A stretch of DNA of 24,000 nt from contig JABCTZ010000019.1 of NCBI GenBank assembly GCA_018238155.1, positions 6,832 through 30,831 on the forward strand, written 5' to 3'. Origin of the DNA: Candidatus Heimdallarchaeota archaeon. Lineage in GTDB: Archaea > Asgardarchaeota > Heimdallarchaeia > JABLTI01. Both the position numbers and the translations under genes were made by a program. A model generated the notes under the pieces. The model searched no databases and was not told where the DNA came from. It saw nothing but the letters and a program-made list of their open reading frames with translations. Shown piece by piece: positions 7,689-14,507 of this stretch. Each line of letters starts with the position of its first letter. The stretch's first letter is position 1.

Positions 7689-9263
7689 TTAATGATTTTC
7701 TTGTTTTACTAGGTTACTAAAAGTTTTTAAAAAATACCTTACAACTCCATTCCTAATTAGATTTTTTTCTATTTCTGTTCCAAAATGTTCTTCAATTTGA
7801 GAAAGCAATTTCTTATCATCTGAATCAATTCGAATATAACTTTCATAAAAAATCATTTTTTTTGCAAAGTATTTTAGTTGGGCATTTGGTCTCAAATCAA
7901 GGAAAACTGGTGCTGCTCTAAACCTTCTATATTGTATTCGACGTCCATGATAAAGTAAAAATTCCATCAAAGATTTTTTCTCCTCTGATAAAATTTTTTC
8001 AAGTACTTTTATTGATACTGCACTTTTTCCTGCTTCTATATATTGAACAGACTTAGTACTAATCCCTAGTTTCTGTGCAAACTCAAATTGTGTTGTTTTT
8101 TTTCTATATCCCTTTAGTAATTGTCCTAATCCAACTATTTGTAAATCTGATATTAAACTAAAATCAAAATAGCCGTTTGGTATAGTGTCTTTCTTGAAAT
8201 CTTGAAATTGATAAGAAATTTTGCTTTTTATCTCTCTTCCTTCTTTTAACTTTAAGAATTGCACCCTCTTTTCAGGATGACAACTGTACATTTCACTCTT
8301 GTATATTTGATTATACTTTCTAGGAATGTATATTTGAAATGTATTGTCTGGTCTTTCAGTTAATCTTGACTTGATAGATAATGATACTAAGAATCTAGTG
8401 AACTCATTTACATAAAATTTACTTGCACTTGTGAATGTAATACTGCCACTAGCATAGCTCCCATCAGCATCCATTACACCAGACCAATAATGTGAACGAA
8501 ATGGTTGTTCTTGGAAAAGTAACGGCTCACGTAATTTTTGATATTTCCTTCCACCAATAGGTTGATTTGTAAGAAAAGAAAATAATCGTGCTACCCAGAG
8601 ATTGGTAATAATGAGTTTCGGGCAATTCTCAGTTTGAAGTTGAATTCTCCCTGTTTGCTTGAATAATCGTTCGAACTGTTCCTTTAACTGTCGAATGTTT
8701 TCAATGGAATAATCAACAATATTGAGAACATATTTAGTGATATTCCCATCACCATTGACCATACCACAAAGATAAGCAAGCTCAGTAGTTAAGCTAGTAG
8801 GCATCGCAAAGGTTTCACCTCGAGAGGATTCAAGTATTCGTTCATGGAAATTAAGTTCAAAGTGATCCGGAAAGCAACGATAGAAGGGCAGGGGAACAGC
8901 ACCTCGCTCGAGATACTTTCGAAGGATATCACGCCATTCGAGGATCTTACGATTATCAGATCGGTAAAAATAATCACGCAATTTTTCAGCGACAAGAAGG
9001 TCTTGATTACTTACAAGTTCCTTTTCCTCCTCAGTAAGCTGAACATAGGGTAAACGAGCAAGGATACGGTCAGAATGTTTTTCCCGGACAAAATCCGCCC
9101 TGCGAACAAGGATAGGAAAAAGGTTGAGAATATTGGTACCTTCAAGAATGATTTCTTTTCCTCGATTGCTTTCTAGTAACTCATTGGCGTTTATCCACTG
9201 ATTGACCGGCTTAACCTCTGCATCAAAATAGATCGAATCATTAAGCCAATTGAGCACTGCCAA
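7689..9263 (-). CDS. free-standing double-motif LAGLIDADG endonuclease-like protein fused to a C-terminal XRE-type HTH
   Basis: 524 aa.
- Motif 1: LAYLCGMVNGDGN (nt 8742-8780).
- Motif 2: HYWSGVMDADGSY (nt 8454-8492).
- XRE-like HTH: LGQLLKGYRKKTTQFEFAQKLGISTKSVQYIEAGKSAVSIKVLEKIL (nt about 7992-8138).
- The N-terminal 160 aa are unassigned.
TTG start; there is no in-frame ATG before the domains. Confidence 0.75.
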   Translation of the reverse strand: MAVLNWLNDSIYFDAEVKPVNQWINANELLESNRGKEIILEGTNILNLFPILVRRADFVREKHSDRILARLPYVQLTEEEKELVSNQDLLVAEKLRDYFYRSDNRKILEWRDILRKYLERGAVPLPFYRCFPDHFELNFHERILESSRGETFAMPTSLTTELAYLCGMVNGDGNITKYVLNIVDYSIENIRQLKEQFERLFKQTGRIQLQTENCPKLIITNLWVARLFSFLTNQPIGGRKYQKLREPLLFQEQPFRSHYWSGVMDADGSYASGSITFTSASKFYVNEFTRFLVSLSIKSRLTERPDNTFQIYIPRKYNQIYKSEMYSCHPEKRVQFLKLKEGREIKSKISYQFQDFKKDTIPNGYFDFSLISDLQIVGLGQLLKGYRKKTTQFEFAQKLGISTKSVQYIEAGKSAVSIKVLEKILSEEKKSLMEFLLYHGRRIQYRRFRAAPVFLDLRPNAQLKYFAKKMIFYESYIRIDSDDKKLLSQIEEHFGTEIEKNLIRNGVVRYFLKTFSNLVKQENH

Positions 9264-9341
9264 TTATTTTTCCTCAGCAGCTTTGGTCAAATAAGAAATA
9301 AATACTCTTCTCTAAAAGAATTATTTCTACCTTAAAAATAG

Positions 9342-9656
9342 CTATTTCTTTATTATTTTACGCTCTCTATAATTTGATTCAGCAGTAAAATTCTCATCAT
9401 CAGGATAGTATGAAGTTCTTACCCAAATAATCTTAGTTTTAAAATCAGGTTCACATGGAATATGTACAAATCGACTATTTTCTAATTCCCCCCACAACAA
9501 GTACCGTCCATCTTTTGTATCCTCAATAACATCCCATTGTCGAACAATTTCTTCTATTTCATCTGGTGGTATACTTCGCTCTCTCCAACGAAGCTCTCCA
9601 TGTCCTCTCTGAAAGCGAATAATAAATTCTTTGTTTTTTTCTTTAAAGTGGTTCAT
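9342..9656 (-). CDS. DUF4258-like small protein (putative toxin-type)
   Basis: 104 aa. The sequence GHGELRWRERSIPPDEIEEIV...GRYLLWGE...IIWVRTSYYP fits the DUF4258 pattern: H...R.I, a helix, and a beta-rich C-terminus ending in V.T.Y. Confidence 0.55.
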   Translation of the reverse strand: MNHFKEKNKEFIIRFQRGHGELRWRERSIPPDEIEEIVRQWDVIEDTKDGRYLLWGELENSRFVHIPCEPDFKTKIIWVRTSYYPDDENFTAESNYRERKIIKK

Positions 9657-9700
9657 GGAACTAGAGGGGGAAATATATAAATCTTGTGCATCTATACACT

Positions 9701-9710
9701 ACACATGTGT
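9701..9710. promoter_or_regulatory. perfect 10-bp palindrome in a divergent intergenic region (candidate operator)
   Basis: ACACATGTGT is its own reverse complement. It lies between divergent starts at 9656 (-) and 9784 (+). A TATA-like aaatatataaat lies at 9671-9682. Confidence 0.2.
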
Positions 9711-9783
9711 TTATCCTCTGGATCTATTATTTGCTGAAATAGTGTTTCCATTTCCTAAATCTCATTTATTGAATAACTGAACC

Positions 9784-10539
9784 GTGAGAAAAATGAAACA
9801 AAGTAATCCCTATTCTAAAGAAGAGAAATTTAGAGAACTAATAAAAGAAGCTTACAGAAAAGTCTTCATCACGGAAAAACAAAAAACCGCACTTTTAGCA
9901 AAATATAATCGAAAGTATGATGGAGACGCTCTGTCCATGCAAGATAGAAATGCTCTGCGAATGCTAAGAAAAACTATAATACAGTATCGAACTTCTGTGT
10001 CTGAGTCTGCAATAGCTGCTCTAAAATTTGAAAGTGTTCTTGAATTACTTTCACTTGTGGATAAAAGCTCTGGTATTTATTGTCATGTTTGTAAAGTGGG
10101 AATATTAGTATCACGAACCGTGAGTTCTTGGATTGTGGGTAAGGATTATGAATTAATTTTAGAACAGAAACCTGCGAAAGTATGTAGTAACAATACTTGT
10201 AAAAGTACTTCATTTAGCTTAGCAGTAGAGAAATATGAGGATGAGCTAATCAATGAAGTTGAAAAGCAATTACGATCGATTAGAATTACAAACACCGAAA
10301 AATTAGATCAAAAGAAATGTCCGCAGTGCCGTTCAGAAACGTTAGAAGCAAACCATACTGGTGATGTATACAAATATCATCAGGGATTATATCATATCAA
10401 GATCAGGGATGTTCCACTAAAAGCATATTGCAACATTTGTCACTATCAAGAAGTAGGAGAAAATATAATAATAGAATTGGAAAAATTAGAAACCCTCTTA
10501 GATACTGAAACACTCGAATTGTTGAAATTGGATGGCTAA
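9784..10539 (+). CDS. protein with helical N-terminus and two tandem YgiT/MqsA-type zinc-finger modules
   Basis: 251 aa.
- Module 1: C90HVC93 ... C134SNNTC139.
- Module 2: C179PQC182 ... YKYHQGLYHIKIRDVPLKAYC216NIC219.
Each has a CxxC, then a beta-hairpin, then a second Cys pair, as in the MqsA N-terminal domain. GTG start in the track; ATG 3 codons later. Confidence 0.55.
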   Translation: MRKMKQSNPYSKEEKFRELIKEAYRKVFITEKQKTALLAKYNRKYDGDALSMQDRNALRMLRKTIIQYRTSVSESAIAALKFESVLELLSLVDKSSGIYCHVCKVGILVSRTVSSWIVGKDYELILEQKPAKVCSNNTCKSTSFSLAVEKYEDELINEVEKQLRSIRITNTEKLDQKKCPQCRSETLEANHTGDVYKYHQGLYHIKIRDVPLKAYCNICHYQEVGENIIIELEKLETLLDTETLELLKLDG

Positions 10540-10589
10540 TAAATTAAATTCTCTCTGCTAATAACTATACTAAACACTGTTATAAATTG

Positions 10590-10766
10590 CTATTTTGTCA
10601 ACTCAAAAACTATCTTCTTTGACCCATCAAGATAACACAACACTTCTTCTCCAGGTTCAATATTGAGTGCCTCAACTAATTCTAATGGAATGCTGACCCG
10701 ATGTGTTCCAGAACTGAAAATTATTTTTCTCTTAAAGATAATTTTAGGATCTTTTTCTTCATCCAT
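10590..10766 (-). CDS. AbrB/SpoVT (MazE-like) domain protein, 58 aa
   Basis: Hand translation: MDEEKDPKIIFKRKIIFSSGTHRVSIPLELVEALNIEPGEEVLCYLDGSKKIVFELTK*. The core (R.SIP.E...LNI.PGEEV) is a typical looped-hinge-helix motif. Missing from the ORF track because it is under 60 aa. Divergent from the RAMP operon. Confidence 0.6.
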   Translation of the reverse strand: MDEEKDPKIIFKRKIIFSSGTHRVSIPLELVEALNIEPGEEVLCYLDGSKKIVFELTK

Positions 10767-10890
10767 ATCTAATCACAATAAATGATGGTTTAAAATATTT
10801 AAAAATGCTGTTCAAATCGGTCAGAGAAGTGCTTATATATGATGACTAACAACATAATAATATGATGATTGAGCTAATTGGTGAACAAAA

Positions 10891-11658
10891 ATGAATGTCT
10901 CTCGAAACTTTAAGCGAATAAAAATAACCGCAAAAACAGCAATAGCAAAACCCGGGAACGGGCAAATTGGGGGAGGAAATACCAAGAACTTATTACTAGT
11001 TCATAACGGACGAGGGTATGGGCGAGAAGGAAAGAGATACCTAGTGAAGGGATTAAGAGGATTGCTAAATCATTCAATGATGGAGCTTGCAAAACAAAAA
11101 GGAATAGAAGTATGTCACTCATCGGACAAAAAAGAAACACAAACAGGAGAAAAATTGCTACCAGACGCATTTCATCCAAACGGCTCGTGCTATCCAGAAG
11201 AGGAGTGCATAAGACACAGATTAATGGGTTCAATGAAAAAACAATCAGTGCTGCGATTTGAACCAGTAGTGATAGTATCGGATAATATAACAGGGGAGTT
11301 CGAAGACGCACAGAAAATACACATAGCAACGGACAAAAGAAATGCGCTAGTGCAAGGAACAAAAAGAAGCATACAAGATTTCGGAGAAAGATACATAGCA
11401 GGAGAATTTACCTATTCGATAGAATTATTGAAAGAAATCTCTCTAGAAGAAATGGGATTCTTACTGAAAAGTATTCTCTACATGCCAGAATTGCGGTGGG
11501 GTGCATCAGGAAATAATGGAGCGGGAAAATTAGAATTAGAAGAAGTAAATCTACAAGAAGTAATGCGCACAAGAACTGTCAAGAAAGGAAAAGTGTCCGA
11601 AAAAGAAAATGAAAAAAATCTTTGGAAACAAATGGAGGAGGGACTTAAAGCTTGGTAA
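10891..11658 (+). CDS. RAMP superfamily protein, Cas7 (Csm3/Cmr4)-like
   Basis: 255 aa.
- YLVKGLRGLLNHS (nt 11038-11067), compare the IPGSSLKGxLR motif.
- CIRHRLMGS (nt 11206-11232), compare C.vC.lFG.
- IHIATDKRNALVQGT...ERYIAGEFTYSIELL, compare the idr.tg.a ... E.i..G..F block.
- Gly-rich loop WGASGNNGAGKLEL (nt 11497-11529). Confidence 0.65.
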   Translation: MNVSRNFKRIKITAKTAIAKPGNGQIGGGNTKNLLLVHNGRGYGREGKRYLVKGLRGLLNHSMMELAKQKGIEVCHSSDKKETQTGEKLLPDAFHPNGSCYPEEECIRHRLMGSMKKQSVLRFEPVVIVSDNITGEFEDAQKIHIATDKRNALVQGTKRSIQDFGERYIAGEFTYSIELLKEISLEEMGFLLKSILYMPELRWGASGNNGAGKLELEEVNLQEVMRTRTVKKGKVSEKENEKNLWKQMEEGLKAW

Positions 11659-12635
11659 TAAGGGAAATATATACACTAGAAGGAGAATTGCTGTCACCAA
11701 TTATTGTTTCTTCATCATTGATAAAGAAAGGAAGAATTTGGATTAGAATAGTAAGGGAGTTAGGAACTGAAGAAAAACCACAAAAGAGCTTCACTGCGAA
11801 ACTAATAAAGGGGGAACGAAAAGCACCAGACCATGTGAACGCATACAGAGGATTTGTGAGAATAACTACAGTTGATTCAAACACATCTCGAGCGAAGAAA
11901 AACATTGATCTCTATCTTAACAAAGATTTCCTTGGAAGACGTGTAAACGAAGGATTTGGAAAAGTCAAGTGGTTGAATTATAAAATAGAAAATTACGTAA
12001 GAAATGCAACTGAAAAAAAACAAAAGAAATTCAGAATACGAAAAGGACTAGGACCAAATTATCCAAAAGAATTGCAAAGATTGCTTAGAGCTCTAATGTT
12101 ACATGATTTTGTGGAAACAGAAAAACATCCAAGTAAGATATTCAAAGAAATTTCAATTAAGGATGAGGAAATAAGAGAAGCTTGCTTAAAACATCATAAT
12201 GTAGGATACTGCAAGAATATACTACTCCCACTGGTCAGGTATTATGACCATTTAGCTGCATACATGAACAGAAAAAGCGTACACATAAGAAACTGCAGAT
12301 ATGATTATGAGAATGGAAAAATAGATTTTGAAAAATTAGCTAATGACATAGAAGAAAGACAACAATCTGCCTATAAATTATATAATTTCATCTATTACTC
12401 AAAAGAATTAAGTAGAACAGTGGAAGCAATGAAATTTGGAAAAACATCTCTGCGAGATCATTTGTTGTTAATGGCTAATCTAGCTATACATGGCTACTGC
12501 AATAGGTGGTTAATAATGGAAAATGGAAAAATTGAACTCGAAAAGAAAATCTCATCATCGGTAACAAGAAAGGATGAACTTGAATGTGCTAAAGATGTTG
12601 AGATGCATCTGTTATCTAGTATGAGCAATGCTTAA
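11652..12635 (+). CDS. two-part protein: short RAMP-like N-terminus with Gly-rich loop, plus a helical C-terminus with possible HD-type motifs
   Basis: 327 aa. TTG start overlaps the upstream stop by 7 nt, and there is no in-frame ATG for 148 codons.
- FLGRRVNEGFGKVKW (nt 11928-11972) resembles the terminal G-rich loop of Cas5/Cas6-type RAMPs.
- ALMLHDFVETEKH (HD at nt 12102-12107), KHHN and RYYDHLAAYMNRK (nt 12240-12275) loosely resemble Cas10/Cas3-type HD motifs.
The functional call is weak. Confidence 0.4.
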   Translation: MVIREIYTLEGELLSPIIVSSSLIKKGRIWIRIVRELGTEEKPQKSFTAKLIKGERKAPDHVNAYRGFVRITTVDSNTSRAKKNIDLYLNKDFLGRRVNEGFGKVKWLNYKIENYVRNATEKKQKKFRIRKGLGPNYPKELQRLLRALMLHDFVETEKHPSKIFKEISIKDEEIREACLKHHNVGYCKNILLPLVRYYDHLAAYMNRKSVHIRNCRYDYENGKIDFEKLANDIEERQQSAYKLYNFIYYSKELSRTVEAMKFGKTSLRDHLLLMANLAIHGYCNRWLIMENGKIELEKKISSSVTRKDELECAKDVEMHLLSSMSNA

Positions 12636-12723
12636 TCGTAGAGTACGTTCAACTCAATGATCGAGAAAGTAAAAAACATAACTGGGTAAAAAATAGCAAA
12701 TAGAAGCTATTAGAAAGTAAAAT

Positions 12724-12868
12724 TGGCGCCCCGAACGGGATTCGAACCCGTTTATGGTGCTTGATTTTTTTTCAAGCTTGTCCATCGGGCTCTGCAGCCA
12801 AAAGCTTGCAGTGCACATTTCTTGGCTTTGACAGCCGAAGATGATGAGCCGTACTACACTATCAGGGC
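12724..12868 (-). tRNA. tRNA-Asp: tRNA-Asp (GUC) with two introns and genomically encoded CCA
   Basis: Read on the minus strand.
- Acceptor stem: GCCCTGA pairs with TCGGGGC, followed by discriminator G and CCA.
- D region: AGTGTAGTACGGCTCATCAT.
- T arm: ACGGG-TTCGAAT-CCCGT.
- Anticodon: GTC at 12830-12832, in a spliced loop CTGTCA/C.
- Intron 1: 39 nt (12790-12828) at 37/38, with a canonical helix-bulge(3)-helix(4 bp)-bulge(3)-helix.
- Intron 2: about 26-28 nt (roughly 12753-12778) between the anticodon and T arms, containing a 6-bp hairpin GCTTGA-A7-TCAAGC. Confidence 0.85.
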
Positions 12869-12941
12869 GTAATTACTTTTTTTCTGTTCTTTTTTCCTTT
12901 TTAATCTTTTCTAAGCTTATGTTTTTGATGTTTGTTTGTTT

Positions 12942-14258
12942 TTAAAATATCTTAATTTCTACTATGTGTTCTATTGGATATTTATCTGTGTAGTTTCCCG
13001 GGTCGATAATATATTCTACTCCTGGGAACCATACTAATTCTGACCAGTAATTCCCTTGATCGGTTTCTTCATCAAACCATTTTGTAAATCCTACAAAATC
13101 AGAACAATTACCTTCTACCCTTGCTTGTGAGTGGATTTCTGTGATGTTATTATAGTTATTGTCTATGAAATTATTATTCCATATTGTTGCATTTACTGCT
13201 TCCGTTTCTATTCCGTATTGTTCATTGTGCTCTAATATGTTGAAATTGATAGCTGTAATATTTGAACATCGTAAAGACATTCCTATAGTATTATCAAAGC
13301 AACTATTATTTGTTATAGTACAGAGATCATTCATTAACATTGCAATACCATATTCTCTATTAGATTTGAAAGCATTGCTTTGACAACAGCTGTTTTTGCT
13401 TCTAACCATCAACAACCCAAAATTGCTTCCCGTACAATTGTTTCCAATTATTGTACAGTTGTTTGAATAATATACACCTATCCCCCGAAAAGAATTATTA
13501 GTTATATTATTGTTTAGTAACCTAATATTTACGCAATCCAAAATACCGATACCATAGTTCCCATTTTCTATGGTATTATTTTCCACAATTACATTTGAAG
13601 CTGTAAGAATGTCGATATCCTCTGAACCAGTATTTGTGAAATAATTATTCTGAACAGTTACATTATCTACCTGACTTAAGGTTATTCCGTAATCACAACT
13701 TTGGAAAATATTTCCTTCTACTCTCGAATTATTACTCATATATAATTCAACCCCTCCATCATTATAATTTCTGTAAAATCTATTGCTTGTAATATTTACA
13801 GTTCCAAAACGTACCTCAATTCCTTGCCGGTAATTTCTATCGAAAGAATTATTTGTAATTAGGCATTTCTCGAGATAACTGATAGAGATTCCAATATCTC
13901 CTCCAATTAAATTATTTTTAATAACTATAGTTCCATCTGCAGTGATATTTGATAGTTTTATTCCACATGACAGCCTACAATTTTGAATGATAAAATGCTT
14001 TGTTACTCCACTAATTTTGATACCATATAGGACTCCTTGCAAGGTATATCCCTCTATAATGTATGGTTCTTCCTTTGTGCCTTTCCCTGGAAAGTTATAT
14101 TTCCAGTAGAAATCTGAATCTCTCTTAATCTCTATTATCTCGATATCTTTTCTTAGATTAATCCATCTACCCAAGAAAATTCCTGAAATTGTTACAGAAC
14201 AAACTAATACAACAATTAGAATTACTTTTACTGATTTTTTTAAGTCTCTGAATCCCAC
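12942..14258 (-). CDS. membrane-anchored right-handed parallel beta-helix (PbH1/NosD-like) surface protein, paralog 1
   Basis: 438 aa with a GTG start. Has an N-terminal TM anchor and FPGKGTKEEPYIIEGY (typical PbH1 entry). Repeated N-rich, roughly 22-aa turns (NNxIxxNxxGI). About 16 N-x-S/T sequons by my count. Conserved tail IDPGNYTDKYPIE. Confidence 0.8.
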   Translation of the reverse strand: MGFRDLKKSVKVILIVVLVCSVTISGIFLGRWINLRKDIEIIEIKRDSDFYWKYNFPGKGTKEEPYIIEGYTLQGVLYGIKISGVTKHFIIQNCRLSCGIKLSNITADGTIVIKNNLIGGDIGISISYLEKCLITNNSFDRNYRQGIEVRFGTVNITSNRFYRNYNDGGVELYMSNNSRVEGNIFQSCDYGITLSQVDNVTVQNNYFTNTGSEDIDILTASNVIVENNTIENGNYGIGILDCVNIRLLNNNITNNSFRGIGVYYSNNCTIIGNNCTGSNFGLLMVRSKNSCCQSNAFKSNREYGIAMLMNDLCTITNNSCFDNTIGMSLRCSNITAINFNILEHNEQYGIETEAVNATIWNNNFIDNNYNNITEIHSQARVEGNCSDFVGFTKWFDEETDQGNYWSELVWFPGVEYIIDPGNYTDKYPIEHIVEIKIF

Positions 14259-14507
14259 TCTGAATTCCTCTTCGATTGTTTGGTAATTGTAGTATTTATA
14301 CCTTTCAGTTTTGAAAAATAATGATTGTATAAATCATTTGACATATTTCTTTATGAAAACAGTTTTCTTTACATTATATTTTGATCATTACTATTTTGAT
14401 TTAAGAAATCTTCTTATTTTTGTAATCGATTGTTTATGTACCTTTTTTCGGGGGGATGATAATTTGAATAAAAGGTTTTCACTGTTTTTTGTTTTCTTTT
14501 TCTTGCT

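Noticed and set aside
7380-7712. 110-aa plus-strand ORF in the 7.2-7.7 kb spacer
   Set aside because: It has hydrophobic, low-complexity composition and a TTG start. It overlaps both the better-supported minus-strand micro-ORF and the structured GC-rich segment, and runs into the LAGLIDADG gene's 3' end.
7689-9263. LAGLIDADG protein as an intein inside a host gene
   Set aside because: There are no recognisable N-terminal splicing block (Cys/Ser-led block A, TxxH block B) or C-terminal HN-Cys/Ser/Thr junction. The flanking parts (an unassigned N-terminus and an XRE HTH) do not resemble a split housekeeping protein.
10910-11362. 150-aa minus-strand ORF opposite the Cas7-like gene (and 11190..11396, 11645..11905)
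   Set aside because: It is a Leu/Phe-rich low-complexity translation of the pyrimidine-rich antisense strand of a purine-rich coding gene. The sense ORF carries the RAMP motifs.
11652-12635. HEPN (Rx4-6H) ribonuclease motif in the C-terminal half of the second RAMP-like ORF
   Set aside because: The only R...H candidates (RKSVH, RDH) have the wrong spacing. HD-like motifs fit somewhat better, but these are also weak.
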